Positions 1-9,730 of a stretch of 58,208 nucleotides of DNA are shown in pieces. The stretch covers positions 1 to 58,208 of the forward strand of contig DASTZI010000074.1 in the NCBI GenBank assembly GCA_035764385.1. The letters run 5' to 3'. The translations under genes were made by a program, and so were the position numbers. A model generated the notes under the pieces. That model did not search any database. It saw nothing but the letters and a program-made list of their open reading frames with translations, and was not told the DNA's origin. How positions within the stretch are numbered: position 1 is the stretch's first letter; the number at the start of each line of letters is the position of its first letter. The DNA comes from Vicinamibacterales bacterium (GTDB taxonomy: Bacteria > Acidobacteriota > Vicinamibacteria > Vicinamibacterales > UBA2999).

Positions 1-327
1 GACAGTGACCCAGGCGGTGTGCGCGACGGGCATCGCCTGCGCGACCTTGAACATTTTTCCCATAAGCGCCTGCGCCAGACGACGGGCGAGCTCCTGGGCC
101 GCGGCTTCACCGCCGTTGGTTCCCTGCGCATAGTGGCTGATGTCGTCGCTGAGATCCTGCGTACCGGATGGACTCTGATACGCCACGTTCTGCAGGTCCC
201 GGCTGATGTCGCCGAGCTCATTTGCCACCGACTCGGTCGCTTCAGGCATCGGACCGTCAGCCTGACGGCACCCGGCGAGCGAAACTCCCAGACCCACCAT
301 CAACACGCACGCAATCTGTCGTAACAC
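1..327 (-). CDS. Putative lipoprotein, N-terminal part (3' end runs off the left window edge)
   Basis: The minus-strand frame is open from GTG at 327 to position 1 (109 codons, no stop). The N-terminus [25 protein letters not shown] has a basic n-region, a hydrophobic core and an LAGC lipobox. It is absent from the ORF track because no stop lies inside the window. Confidence 0.5.
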   Translation of the reverse strand, partial: MLRQIACVLMVGLGVSLAGCRQADGPMPEATESVANELGDISRDLQNVAYQSPSGTQDLSDDISHYAQGTNGGEAAAQELARRLAQALMGKMFKVAQAMPVAHTAWVTV

Positions 328-350
328 GGATTGAGCATAACATCCGTTCC

Positions 351-749
351 ATGCGGCAAAACATCTCCAGCGGCCGGCCGTGGGAGCCGGTGGTCGGCTA
401 CTCCAGAGCGGTGCGCGTCGACTCCTACGTTCACGTGTCCGGCACGACGGCTACCGATGCCGACGGCCGAGTCATCGGGCAAGGCGACATGCGCGCGCAG
501 GCGCTCCAGGCACTCCGCAACATCGAGGCGGCGCTGCAGCAGGCTGGTGCGCGACTCGACGATGTCGTGCGGACGCGCATCTACGTCACCGACATCAGTC
601 GATGGGAGGAAGTCGGCCGCGCGCACGGCGAGTTCTTCGGAACCATTCGGCCGGCGACCTCCATGGTGGAGGTCGCAAAGCTGATCGATCCCGACATGCT
701 CGTCGAAATCGAGGCTGATGCTTACCTTGCGCTCCCTCATCCCATTTGA
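351..749 (+). CDS. RidA/YjgF/UK114 family protein
   Basis: ATG at 351 lies inside track ORF 222..749. The sequence is typical of RidA-family proteins: [26 protein letters not shown]...ALRNIEAAL...[11 protein letters not shown]...[10 protein letters not shown]...VEIEADA. Confidence 0.85.
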   Translation: MRQNISSGRPWEPVVGYSRAVRVDSYVHVSGTTATDADGRVIGQGDMRAQALQALRNIEAALQQAGARLDDVVRTRIYVTDISRWEEVGRAHGEFFGTIRPATSMVEVAKLIDPDMLVEIEADAYLALPHPI

Positions 750-765
750 TAGGCTTCTGAGCTCA

Positions 766-843
766 ATGGTTCGGTTCCAGGCACACGCGCACGTCCGTCA
801 TCACCACGGCCACCAGGGTCGTCCGGCAGGACTGCGCGCGTAA
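766..843 (+). promoter_or_regulatory. Candidate his leader peptide ORF (25 codons, 6 His)
   Basis: atg at 766 to taa at 841-843 translates to MVRFQAHAHVRHHHGHQGRPAGLRA, with His at codons 7, 9, 12, 13, 14 and 16. It lies between the RidA stop and hisI and is followed by the 884-911 terminator. No clear Shine-Dalgarno. Confidence 0.45.
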
Positions 844-883
844 GGAAAACCAGAACCTCACGAGTCACCAAACGCAATGCAGA

Positions 884-911
884 CCCCGCCGGAATCAGGG
901 CGGGGTTTTTT
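884..911 (+). terminator. Rho-independent terminator hairpin with U-tract
   Basis: CCCCGCC (884-890) pairs perfectly with GGCGGGG (899-905), followed by TTTTTT (906-911). It ends 42 nt upstream of the hisI ATG. Confidence 0.75.
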
Positions 912-952
912 GTTGTACCGGGCCGGGTCAAGCCGGCCCCTACGAGACAGAG

Positions 953-1279
953 ATGGATTTTTCGAAACTTGATGGCTTGATACCCGCGGTCGTCCAGGAC
1001 CACATGAGCGGCGAAGTGCTCATGGTCGGCTTCATGAACCAGGAGGCGTGGGACGTTACACGGCAGACTGGCTACGTGACGTTCTTCAGCCGCACCCGGA
1101 ACACGCTCTGGACCAAGGGTGAGACCTCCGGCAACCGACTCGCGGTGCGCGACGTGCTGATCGACTGCGATGACGACACCGTTTTGGTGAAAGCGGAGCG
1201 GCTCGGCGACGGCAACGTGTGTCACACGGGCGAGCGCACCTGCTTCTTCCGCCGCCTGGAGGGCATCACGCTCCCATGA
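953..1279 (+). CDS. hisI: Phosphoribosyl-AMP cyclohydrolase (monofunctional HisI)
   Basis: 108 aa. Contains LIPAVVQD...[12 protein letters not shown]...[23 protein letters not shown]...DCDDDTVL...[11 protein letters not shown]. Confidence 0.95.
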   Translation: MDFSKLDGLIPAVVQDHMSGEVLMVGFMNQEAWDVTRQTGYVTFFSRTRNTLWTKGETSGNRLAVRDVLIDCDDDTVLVKAERLGDGNVCHTGERTCFFRRLEGITLP

Positions 1280-2166
1280 AGCTTCGACTCGGCATTCCGA
1301 AGGGCTCGCTGCAGGATGCGACCGTGCAGCTCTTTGCGCGCGCGGGATTCAGCATCTACGTCAGCTCGCGTTCGTATTTCCCCGCCATCGACGATCCCGA
1401 GATCGAATGCATGCTGATCCGGGCGCAAGAGATGACCAGGTACGTTTGCGAAGGCGTACTCGATGCGGGACTGACGGGCCTCGATTGGGTGGCCGAACAC
1501 AGGCTCGGTCGAGACCCGCACACCTGCGTCACGAGTCTCGCCGATCTGGTGTACTCCAAGCAGAGTTTCGGCAAGGTGCGGTGGGTACTCGCCGCGCCCG
1601 AAGAGTCGCGCTTCCACGCGCCCACTGATTTCGCGGGCGCGACGATCGCGACCGAACTCGTGCAAGTCACAAAGAGCTACTTCGAGAAGCTGAAAGTCCC
1701 CGTCAAACGCGTCGAGTTTTCGTGGGGCGCGACGGAAGTCAAGCCGCCGGTGCTCGCCGACGCCATCGTCGAAGCGACCGAAACCGGTTCGACGCTCCGC
1801 GCGAACCGGCTGCGAATTCTCGATACCGTCCTCGAATCGAACACGCAACTCATCGCCAATGGGGATGCGCTCGCCGACGGGTGGAAGCGGACAAAACTCG
1901 AGAACATGTCGTTGCTGCTCCGAGCCGCGATCGAGGCACAGGGGCGCGTCGGCCTGATGCTGAACGTCCGTCGACGCGATCTGGACAAGGTGCTGCAGCA
2001 GCTTCCGGCGCTGCAACGTCCGACGATTTCTTCGTTGAGCGACGAGGAGTGGGTCGCCGTCAATACGATCATCGAAGAGCGGACGGTCCGCGACCTGATC
2101 CCGAAACTGAAAGCGGCCGGCGGCCAGGGGATCGTCGAGTACCCCCTGAACAAGATCGTGCTGTGA
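1276..2166 (+). CDS. hisG: ATP phosphoribosyltransferase, long form
   Basis: ATG at 1276 overlaps the hisI stop (ATGA). Begins [13 protein letters not shown]. At about 296 aa it includes a C-terminal regulatory domain. The upstream part of track ORF 1219.. is an overlap artefact. Confidence 0.93.
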   Translation: MKLRLGIPKGSLQDATVQLFARAGFSIYVSSRSYFPAIDDPEIECMLIRAQEMTRYVCEGVLDAGLTGLDWVAEHRLGRDPHTCVTSLADLVYSKQSFGKVRWVLAAPEESRFHAPTDFAGATIATELVQVTKSYFEKLKVPVKRVEFSWGATEVKPPVLADAIVEATETGSTLRANRLRILDTVLESNTQLIANGDALADGWKRTKLENMSLLLRAAIEAQGRVGLMLNVRRRDLDKVLQQLPALQRPTISSLSDEEWVAVNTIIEERTVRDLIPKLKAAGGQGIVEYPLNKIVL

Positions 2167-3422
2167 AAATCGTGGCATCGACCGATCGGGACGCGGTGAG
2201 CGAGCTGCTGTCGCCGCAGCGCGTACGGGACGCGGAGACGGACCGTCGTGTGGCGGAGATCGTTGCTGACGTCCGCCAGCATGGCGATGCGGCGCTGCTG
2301 CGCTACGCGCGGACCTTCGACGGTCTCGACGGTCAAGCGGAGATTTCGCGGAAGCAGATGACAGCAGCCGCGCGGCTGGTGCCTGTATCGGTCCGCCGCG
2401 CGCTGCGGCGCGCCGCCGCCAACATACGAACCGTCGCGAAACGGCAGGTTCCACGTGGCTGGAAGACACAGGTCGGTGGCGGCATCGCGGTCGAGCAGCG
2501 GATTGTGCCGCTGGATCGCGTCGGCTGCTATGTTCCTGGCGGCCGTTATCCACTTCCCTCTTCGCTCCTGATGACGGCCATTCCGGCCATCGCCGCCGGC
2601 GTGCACGAGGTGATCGCGGTCTGCCCGCGTCCGGAACCGGTGGTGATGGCGGCCGCGCTCGAAGCAGGCGTATCGCGCCTGTTCCGGCTCGGCGGCGCGC
2701 ACGCGATTGCGGCGCTCGCCTATGGCACCGAATCGGTCCCGCGCGTGGACAAGATCGTTGGTCCCGGCAACCGGTACGTCGCGGCGGCGAAGGCACTGGT
2801 GGCCACCGACTGCGGAATCGATTTCTACGCGGGGCCGACTGAAATTCTCGTCGTTGCGTCGAAGGCTGACGCAGGCTGGCTCGCGGCCGACCTCATTGCG
2901 CAGGCAGAACACGATCCTGACGCTCGGGCCGTGCTCGTCACCCCGAGCCGCACGCTGGCGAGTCGCGTCGTGCAAGAGATCACGGAGCAGATGCCCGCCG
3001 ACGGCCCCGCACGCGAGTCGCTGGCAACGCATGGCGGCGTCATCGTCACCGCATCGCTGCGCGAGGCGATGGAGCTGGCCAACAACGCAGCGCCCGAGCA
3101 TCTCGTTGTTGACGACGAGCGATTGGCCAAGCAGGTGAAGAGCGCCGGATCCGTCTTCGTCGGAGTGTGGTCGGCTCAGGTCGCGGGCGACTATGCGATT
3201 GGATCGAATCACGTGCTGCCGACGGCCGGTGCGGCGCGCGTCCGCGGGGGACTCTCGGCCGGCGACTTTGTCCGGCAGATAACCGTCCAGCGACTGACGC
3301 CAAAGGGGCTGCGAAGCATCGCTCCGAGCGTGGTCGCGCTGGCGCGGGCAGAGGGGTTGGAAGGACACGCACGATCGATCGAGATTCGATTCGCGGATCC
3401 GAAGCGTCCGCGCCGCAGATGA
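2163..3422 (+). CDS. hisD: Histidinol dehydrogenase
   Basis: GTG at 2163 overlaps the hisG stop (GTGA) and is in frame with track ORF 1722..3422. Contains [47 protein letters not shown] and NAAPEHL. Confidence 0.93.
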   Translation: MKIVASTDRDAVSELLSPQRVRDAETDRRVAEIVADVRQHGDAALLRYARTFDGLDGQAEISRKQMTAAARLVPVSVRRALRRAAANIRTVAKRQVPRGWKTQVGGGIAVEQRIVPLDRVGCYVPGGRYPLPSSLLMTAIPAIAAGVHEVIAVCPRPEPVVMAAALEAGVSRLFRLGGAHAIAALAYGTESVPRVDKIVGPGNRYVAAAKALVATDCGIDFYAGPTEILVVASKADAGWLAADLIAQAEHDPDARAVLVTPSRTLASRVVQEITEQMPADGPARESLATHGGVIVTASLREAMELANNAAPEHLVVDDERLAKQVKSAGSVFVGVWSAQVAGDYAIGSNHVLPTAGAARVRGGLSAGDFVRQITVQRLTPKGLRSIAPSVVALARAEGLEGHARSIEIRFADPKRPRRR

Positions 3423-3438
3423 TGAAACGGACTGACGA

Positions 3439-4473
3439 ATGCTGATTCAGGGGTATCCGGATCCGGGCGAAGGCCTGCGGCTGCACCTCAACGAGAACAC
3501 GGGCGGATGCTCGCCTCGTGTGATCGACGCGATCCGCCGCTTGCAGCCAACGGACATCTCGACGTATCCGTCCTATCCCAGCCTCGTGCTGACGATTGCG
3601 CGGTACTTCGACGTCGACCCGGAGTGGGTGCTGCTGACCAACGGGCTCGATGAAGGCATCCTGATGGCGGCCGTCGGCCACATCTCGAAGGCGCGTATCC
3701 ACGATGCCGAAACGATCGTGCCGACGCCGGCATTCGATCCGTATCCGAATTCGACGGCAGCGGCCGGGGCGACGGCAGTCCGGGTTCCCGCCAATCCGGA
3801 CCTGAGTTTTCCGACGGATGCCGTGATCCGCGCGATCACGCCGCGGACACGGATGATCTTCCTGAATACGCCGAACAACCCGACCGGTCAGTTGATTTCA
3901 ATCGCGGACCTGAAACGGATCAGCACAGCTGCCGGAGACGCGATCGTGCTGATTGACGAGGCATACATCGAGTTCGGCGGCGAGAGTTTTGTACCCCACG
4001 TGACGGGGCACCCGAACGTGCTCGTGGGTCGAACGTTTTCCAAGGCGTATGGCCTCGCGGGCATGCGCGTCGGCATCGTCATCGGTCAGCCACCGGCGCT
4101 GCAGCCGGTCCGCGATGTCACGTTGCCTTTCAACATCAATGTGATCGCGCTGACGGCCGTTCAGGCGGCGCTCGAAGATACCGATTTCCTGCCGCGTTAT
4201 GCCGCGGAGGTCGCTGAGTCTCGGGAGTTGCTCTATGCCGCCTGCCGCCGCCTCGGGCTGCAGTACTGGGAGAGCGCGGCGAACTATGTCCTCGTACGGG
4301 TCGGCGAAACGGCGCCGTTCATCCAGGCACTGTCCGCGCGCAGGATCCACGTTCGAGATCGGTCCAAGGATCCCGCGACGCCCGGGTGCGTGCGGATTAC
4401 GACCGGCGTCCTCGAGCACACCAGAGCCGCCATTACAGCGCTCGAGTCGGTGATGGCCGCGAGGCAGGCGTGA
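3439..4473 (+). CDS. hisC: Histidinol-phosphate aminotransferase
   Basis: 344 aa. Contains [18 protein letters not shown] and the PLP-lysine motif [13 protein letters not shown]. Confidence 0.93.
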   Translation: MLIQGYPDPGEGLRLHLNENTGGCSPRVIDAIRRLQPTDISTYPSYPSLVLTIARYFDVDPEWVLLTNGLDEGILMAAVGHISKARIHDAETIVPTPAFDPYPNSTAAAGATAVRVPANPDLSFPTDAVIRAITPRTRMIFLNTPNNPTGQLISIADLKRISTAAGDAIVLIDEAYIEFGGESFVPHVTGHPNVLVGRTFSKAYGLAGMRVGIVIGQPPALQPVRDVTLPFNINVIALTAVQAALEDTDFLPRYAAEVAESRELLYAACRRLGLQYWESAANYVLVRVGETAPFIQALSARRIHVRDRSKDPATPGCVRITTGVLEHTRAAITALESVMAARQA

Positions 4474-5063
4474 TGAAGCGCGGCGCGACATTCGATCGGC
4501 GAACCACCGAGACCCGGATCAAAGGGCGGCTGACCATTGACGGCGAGGGCCGTTACAACGTCAGTACCGGCATCCGCTTCTTCGATCACATGCTCGAGCT
4601 GTTCACGCGGCACGGCGGCTTCGATCTGGCGCTGAAGGCAAAGGGGGATCTCGACGTCGACCAGCACCACACCGTCGAAGATGTCGGCATCACGCTCGGC
4701 GAAACGCTGCTGAAGGCGCTCGGCGACCGCAAAGGCATCAATCGGGCGGGCTACTTCGTCATGCCGATGGATGAGACGCTCGCCGTCGCCGCCATCGATC
4801 TGAGCGGACGTCCGCACGCCGTCGTGACCCTCAAGGTGAAGACGCCAAGGGTGGGTGATCTGCAGACGGAGCTCGTGCACGACTTTTTCGACGGCTTCGC
4901 GTCTGGTGCGAGGGCGAACGTGCACGTCAAGGTGCTCTACGGCCGTTCGAGCCACCATCACATCGAGGCGGTGTTCAAGGCGTTCGCGCGCGCGCTGCGC
5001 GTCGCCTGTGCACGCGACGCGCGACTCGCGAAGATGCTGCCGAGCACGAAGGGCCTGCTGTGA
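4473..5063 (+). CDS. hisB: Imidazoleglycerol-phosphate dehydratase (no phosphatase domain)
   Basis: ATG at 4473 shares a base with the hisC stop. Contains [33 protein letters not shown] and [15 protein letters not shown]. Confidence 0.93.
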   Translation: MKRGATFDRRTTETRIKGRLTIDGEGRYNVSTGIRFFDHMLELFTRHGGFDLALKAKGDLDVDQHHTVEDVGITLGETLLKALGDRKGINRAGYFVMPMDETLAVAAIDLSGRPHAVVTLKVKTPRVGDLQTELVHDFFDGFASGARANVHVKVLYGRSSHHHIEAVFKAFARALRVACARDARLAKMLPSTKGLL

Positions 5064-5704
5064 TCGCGTTGATCGACTACGGCGCCGGCAACCTGACGTC
5101 GGTTCGAAAGGCGTTGACCGCTCTCGGGGCAGACTTTGCCACGCCGGCACGGCCGGAGGAGTGTGCGCGATTTTCGGCGGTGATCGTGCCCGGCGTCGGC
5201 AACTTCGCCGCGACCTCCGCGCTCGTCGGACCGTGGCGCGATGCCATTGCGGACACGGTGCGCCGCGGGACACCGCTGCTCGGGATCTGTCTCGGGATGC
5301 AGTGGCTCTTCGAGGGAAGCGACGAGGCGCCGGAGGTTCCTGGCCTTGGTGTGTTGGAGGGCCGAGTCACGCGGTTGCGCGGCGACGCGGAAGCGGGCCT
5401 GAAGATTCCGCACGTCGGGTGGAATGCCTTGGATTTCCGAGGAACCGGTCGAATCTTGGCAGGTCTCGGCCCGCATTCCCATGTCTACTTCACACACTCG
5501 TATGCGGCGCCGATCACTGATGCCTGCGTCGCGGCAACCACGCACAGCGAAACCTTCGCTGCGGTTGTCGAACGCGGCTACGTCTTCGGGGTCCAGTTCC
5601 ATCCCGAAAAGTCGAGCGACGCGGGGTTGCAGATCATCCGCAACTTTCTCGAGATCGCACGCAACCTGTCGCTCGCAACTCCTCATGTGGAGGCTGAGTG
5701 CTGA
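5060..5704 (+). CDS. hisH: Imidazole glycerol phosphate synthase, glutaminase subunit
   Basis: GTG at 5060 overlaps the hisB stop (GTGA). Contains [29 protein letters not shown] and FHPEKS. Confidence 0.93.
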   Translation: MIALIDYGAGNLTSVRKALTALGADFATPARPEECARFSAVIVPGVGNFAATSALVGPWRDAIADTVRRGTPLLGICLGMQWLFEGSDEAPEVPGLGVLEGRVTRLRGDAEAGLKIPHVGWNALDFRGTGRILAGLGPHSHVYFTHSYAAPITDACVAATTHSETFAAVVERGYVFGVQFHPEKSSDAGLQIIRNFLEIARNLSLATPHVEAEC

Positions 5705-6453
5705 CCAAACGCATCATCGCGTGCATGGATGTTCGTGATGGTCAGGTCGTCAAGGGCGTTCAGTTTCAGCAGCTGCGCCATGCCGGCGATCCCGCGGAGC
5801 TGGCGCAGCGCTACAACGTCGAAGGCATCGACGAGGTCGTCGTGCTGGATATCACCGCGACGCTTGAAAGCCGGCAGGCGCTCGCCAGGACCATCAGCGC
5901 GGTCGCGCATCGAATTTTTCTGCCGCTGACGGTTGGCGGCGGCATTCGCAAGGAAGATGATGCCGCGGCGGCGGTCGACGCCGGGGCGGACAAGGTCAGC
6001 CTCAACACCGCGGCGTTGAGCAATCCCGCGCTCATCACCACGCTTGCACGTCGATACGGCAGCCAGGCCGTGATCGTCGCGATCGATGCGAAGCGACGCG
6101 GCAACGGGTTTGCGGTCTATGTCCGAAGCGGAACGTCGGACGCGGCACGTGATGCCGTCGAATGGGCGCGGGAAGCCGAATCGCGTGGCGCCGGCGAAAT
6201 CCTGCTCACGTCGATGGACCGCGACGGCACGCGGTCGGGGTTTGATTGCGAGATGACCGCCGCCGTCGCCAACGCCGTGAATATCCCCGTCATTGCATCG
6301 GGAGGTGCCGGAGATCTCGAGCACTTCTACGACGTCTTTACGCATGGCCGCGCCGACGCCGCGCTGGCCGCTTCGATCTTCCACTACGACGACACGGGGG
6401 TCGGCGAGTTGAAAAAGTATCTGGATACACGGAATATTCCGGTCCGGATGTGA
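5698..6453 (+). CDS. hisF: Imidazole glycerol phosphate synthase, cyclase subunit
   Basis: The GTG start overlaps the hisH 3' end. Contains [33 protein letters not shown] and ASGGAG. Confidence 0.93.
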   Translation: MLTKRIIACMDVRDGQVVKGVQFQQLRHAGDPAELAQRYNVEGIDEVVVLDITATLESRQALARTISAVAHRIFLPLTVGGGIRKEDDAAAAVDAGADKVSLNTAALSNPALITTLARRYGSQAVIVAIDAKRRGNGFAVYVRSGTSDAARDAVEWAREAESRGAGEILLTSMDRDGTRSGFDCEMTAAVANAVNIPVIASGGAGDLEHFYDVFTHGRADAALAASIFHYDDTGVGELKKYLDTRNIPVRM

Positions 6454-6461
6454 GCTGTTCG

Positions 6462-6513
6462 CCACAAAACCACTCACCACGAACCGCGAACCACCAACCA
6501 CCAACCACCAACT
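6462..6513 (+). repeat. CA-rich heptanucleotide repeat (AACCACC)n in the hisF-hisA spacer
   Basis: The spacer reads gccacaaaaccactcaccacgaaccgcg followed by a perfect AACCACC x3.4 at 6489-6512, ending 3 nt before the hisA ATG. The same family occurs at 19389-19470. Confidence 0.85.
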
Positions 6514-6515
6514 AA

Positions 6516-7205
6516 ATGCTGATCCCCTCGATCGATCTCCAGGGTGGCCGGATCGTTCAGCTGGTCCAGGGCGAGAAGCTCGCCATTGCAGCGACCGACC
6601 CCGAGGTGTGGATCAGCAGGTTCTCGCCATTCCCCCGCGTGCAATTGATCGATCTCGACGCGGCCAAAGGCGAGGGCAGCAACGCCGCCATGGTCGCAGA
6701 TATCTGTAAGAGGCTGCCCTGCCGCGTTGGCGGCGGCATCCGTTCGATCGAGCGAGCGACGACGGTTCTCGGCGACGGCGCACACGCCGTCATCGCGAGC
6801 TCAGCACTGTTCCGCAACGGAACCGTCGACGTGGAATTCGCACGTGCGCTCTCAACCGCGGTCGGCGCCGAACGCGTGATCGCGGCCGTCGACAGCCGCG
6901 GCGGCCATGTGGCGATTCACGGCTGGCGGACGGTGCTGCCGATGACTGCCGTCGACGCCGTGCGGGCGCTCGAGCCGTTCTGCGGCGAGTTCCTGTATAC
7001 CCATGTGGATAAGGAAGGCCTGATGCAGGGCACCGACATCGAGGCGATTTTGTCCGTCCGGCGGGCAACCGGCCGTCGTGTCACCGCCGCCGGCGGCATC
7101 ACGACGTGGGATGACATCGACCTGCTCGACGCCCACCAGGTGGATGCGGTCGTCGGCATGGCCGTCTACACCGGCCAGCTCCCGCTTGACCGTTACGCCA
7201 AGTAG
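6516..7205 (+). CDS. hisA: ProFAR isomerase
   Basis: 229 aa. Contains LIPSIDLQGGRIVQLVQG, RVGGGIRS and AVVGMAVYTG. No Shine-Dalgarno upstream; the CA repeat occupies that position. Confidence 0.88.
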   Translation: MLIPSIDLQGGRIVQLVQGEKLAIAATDPEVWISRFSPFPRVQLIDLDAAKGEGSNAAMVADICKRLPCRVGGGIRSIERATTVLGDGAHAVIASSALFRNGTVDVEFARALSTAVGAERVIAAVDSRGGHVAIHGWRTVLPMTAVDAVRALEPFCGEFLYTHVDKEGLMQGTDIEAILSVRRATGRRVTAAGGITTWDDIDLLDAHQVDAVVGMAVYTGQLPLDRYAK

Positions 7206-7254
7206 CGTAATCATTACGCCAAGTAGCGTAATCTTATTACGCCAACTGGCGTAC
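7193..7254. promoter_or_regulatory. Three tandem copies of an 18-bp palindromic, operator-like motif
   Basis: TTACGCCAAGTAGCGTAA occurs at 7193-7210 and 7214-7231, and TTACGCCAACTGGCGTAC at 7237-7254. Each has TTACGC-N6-GCGTAA dyad symmetry. Copy starts are spaced 21 and 23 bp apart. Copy 1 overlaps the hisA stop, and copy 3 ends 25 nt before the ATPase ATG. Confidence 0.5.
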
Positions 7255-7278
7255 TCCTGACGGGATCGGCAGAACGAT

Positions 7279-8424
7279 ATGGACAACCCCTTCGTCTACG
7301 GCGAGGTCGTCCCCGGCGACGCGTTCGTGGACCGCGAAACCGAGCTCGACCGCCTCGTGGCGGACCTCGGCAACGGGCAGAAGGTCTTCCTCATCTCGCC
7401 GCGGCGGTACGGAAAGTCGTCGCTGATCCGCCAGACACTCGACGCCCTGCGCCGCCGCAGCGCGCTCACGGTCGACGTGACGGTCAGCAGCTACAGTTCC
7501 TATCTGGCGTTCCTCGAAGGATACGCGCGCGCGATCGCCTCGGTCGAGTCGAAGTGGGATCGAGCCCGCACGTGGTTGATGGACGCGATCGGGTCGACCA
7601 GGCCCGAGATCCGGTATGAGCCGAAGGAATCCGGGCTCGGGCGCTTCGCGGTCGCGTTTCCGCAGGTGACGACCACACGCGACCTCAACCGTCTCGCGAA
7701 CGAAGTCTTCGCGCTGCCCGGCAAGCTCGCCGCCGAGCGCAAGCGCACGGTGGTCGTCGCGCTCGACGAGTTCCAGGCCATCGACAGCTTCAACGGCGGG
7801 AGCGTCGAGCATGCGCTTCGTGCCGCCACACAACATCAGCGCCAGGTCGGATACGTGTTCGCCGGCTCAGAACCGAGCCTGATGGAAAAAATGATTGGTC
7901 CGAGACGCCCCTTCTACAAAGCTGGACCGGTGATGCGGCTCCAGAAAATATCGCCGACCTTGTTCGCCGATTTCATCGCCCAGCGTTTCGTCAAGACGGG
8001 CATGAAACCGGAAGCCGGCGTTGCGGACGCCATCATCGAGCTCGCTGGCAACCTGCCCTACGACGTCCAGCGCCTCGCGCATGAAACGTGGGACGATGTG
8101 CGCGCGAAGGGGGCGAGGAAGGCGACGCTCGAGGATCTTCACGGGACGCTGACGCGGCTGTTGTCCGAGCAGGAGACGATCTTCGAAGCGCTCTGGCAGC
8201 GGTTGACGCTGCAACAGCGCGCGACGCTGCGCGCGGTCGTGCTGCAGGGAGGTCGTGAGATTCACTCCGCCGATGCACGGTCGCGTCACCGGCTCGGTGG
8301 ACCATCGACGATTCAAAAGTCGCTGGCCGCGCTGACCAAACAGGACGTGCTCCTGAAGGAAGGCCCGCGTTACGTGGTCGTCGACTCCTTGCTTCGCGAG
8401 TGGGTTGCGCGCCGTACCTTCTGA
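7279..8424 (+). CDS. AAA-type ATPase of the Arch_ATPase/DUF234-like kind
   Basis: 381 aa. Has the F(V/I)DRE.EL motif at the N-terminus, Walker A-like ISPRRYGKSSL, Walker B VVVALDEFQ and a helical, wHTH-like C-terminus. Confidence 0.8.
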   Translation: MDNPFVYGEVVPGDAFVDRETELDRLVADLGNGQKVFLISPRRYGKSSLIRQTLDALRRRSALTVDVTVSSYSSYLAFLEGYARAIASVESKWDRARTWLMDAIGSTRPEIRYEPKESGLGRFAVAFPQVTTTRDLNRLANEVFALPGKLAAERKRTVVVALDEFQAIDSFNGGSVEHALRAATQHQRQVGYVFAGSEPSLMEKMIGPRRPFYKAGPVMRLQKISPTLFADFIAQRFVKTGMKPEAGVADAIIELAGNLPYDVQRLAHETWDDVRAKGARKATLEDLHGTLTRLLSEQETIFEALWQRLTLQQRATLRAVVLQGGREIHSADARSRHRLGGPSTIQKSLAALTKQDVLLKEGPRYVVVDSLLREWVARRTF

Positions 8425-8425
8425 C

Positions 8426-9730
8426 ATGAGCCTCCTGGATCGTCTCGGTCTCAATCGTCGCGAACTGCGTGCCTGGGCGATGTACGACTGGGCGAACTCC
8501 GCGTTTCAATCGACCGTCATTACTGCGGTGTTCCCGCCGTTCTTCAGCTCGTTTGCCGCGGCCGGACTGCCGGCGGCGATCGCCACGGCGCGGTTTGCGT
8601 GGGCGACCACGATTGCGGTGGCAATCACGGCGATGCTCGGCCCGATCCTCGGCGCGATCGCCGACTATCGCGCCATCAAGAAACGCATGCTCGCCATCTT
8701 CATTGGCCTCGGCGTCGTCACCACAATCTTGATGGCGACGATCGGCCGCGGCGAATGGATGTACGCGGCGCTGCTGTTCATGATTTCCAACATCGCCATC
8801 GCCTCGAGCTTCGTCTTTTACGACTCGTTGCTGCCCCACATCGCGGCGCCGCACGAAATGGATCGCGTCTCGACAGCCGGTTATGCAATCGGCTACTTCG
8901 GCGGCGGCATCCTGCTCGTCGTCAACCTGCTGTGGATTCTGACGCCAACGACGTTTGGGATCCCGGACACGGTCGCCGGCATCAAGCTGTCGTTCATCAG
9001 CGTCGGCATTTGGTGGCTGGTGTTCTCAGTGCCGCTGTTTCGCCACGTGCCGGAGCCTCCCCGCGTCCTCGAGGCGGATGAGACCGCGAACGAGAACCCC
9101 ATTCGCGCCGCGTTCGTGCGCGTGTGGGAGACCTTTCGCGAGCTGCGCGGCTATCGCCAGGCCTTTCTGATGCTCGTCGCATTTCTCCTCTATAACGACG
9201 GGATTCAGACGATCATTCGCATGGCGGCGATTTACGCCGCCGAGATCGGAATCGATCAGAACGCGCAGATCGGCGCGTTCGTGGTCGTGCAGTTCGTCGG
9301 CATTCCGTTTTCGTTTCTGTTCGGCGCTCTCGCCTCGCGCATCGGCGCGAAGGCCGCGATCTTTCTCGCCCTCGCCGTCTATACGGGCATCAGCGTGCTC
9401 GGTTATTTCATGACCACCGCGTGGCAGTTCTTTGCGCTCGCGTTTCTCGTGGGAACGGTTCAAGGCGGCAGCCAGGCGCTCAGCCGATCGCTTTTTGCAC
9501 GCATGATCCCGAAGCATAAGTCATCTGAATATTTCGGGTTCTTCTCAGTGTTCGAAAAGTTCGCGGGCATCGCAGGACCCGCACTGTTTGCCGTCTCCGT
9601 CAGCATCTTCGGTTCAAGCCGCGCCGCGGTGCTGTCCGTGATTGTCTTCTTCGTCTGTGGCGCGATCGTCCTGACGCGCGTGAACGTGGCCGCAGGCGAG
9701 GCTCACGCACGCGAAGCGTCGGCCGCATGA
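8426..9730 (+). CDS. MFS transporter, UMF1/Atg22-like family
   Basis: ATG at 8426 (MSLLDRLGLNRRELRAWAMYDWANSAFQSTV). About 12 hydrophobic segments. Confidence 0.85.
   Translation: MSLLDRLGLNRRELRAWAMYDWANSAFQSTVITAVFPPFFSSFAAAGLPAAIATARFAWATTIAVAITAMLGPILGAIADYRAIKKRMLAIFIGLGVVTTILMATIGRGEWMYAALLFMISNIAIASSFVFYDSLLPHIAAPHEMDRVSTAGYAIGYFGGGILLVVNLLWILTPTTFGIPDTVAGIKLSFISVGIWWLVFSVPLFRHVPEPPRVLEADETANENPIRAAFVRVWETFRELRGYRQAFLMLVAFLLYNDGIQTIIRMAAIYAAEIGIDQNAQIGAFVVVQFVGIPFSFLFGALASRIGAKAAIFLALAVYTGISVLGYFMTTAWQFFALAFLVGTVQGGSQALSRSLFARMIPKHKSSEYFGFFSVFEKFAGIAGPALFAVSVSIFGSSRAAVLSVIVFFVCGAIVLTRVNVAAGEAHAREASAA

Noticed and set aside
921-945. Second hairpin GGGCCGG-GTCAA-GCCGGCCC just before hisI
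   Set aside because: It is a real 7-bp stem but has no U-tract, and it lies 8 nt from the hisI ATG. It may modulate initiation, but I cannot distinguish that from chance GC-rich complementarity.
1222-3368. Very long minus-strand ORFs (1222..2796, 524 aa; 1677..3368, 563 aa) antisense to hisG/hisD
   Set aside because: These are typical high-GC antisense open frames. The translations are Arg/Pro/Ala-rich with no recognisable domains, and the plus strand encodes textbook HisG/HisD with coupled starts. The same reasoning applies to 4284..5273(-), 5683..6504(-), 8033..8854(-), 24668..25924(-), 24841..26043(-), 39079..39816(-), 40189..40968(-) and similar ORFs.
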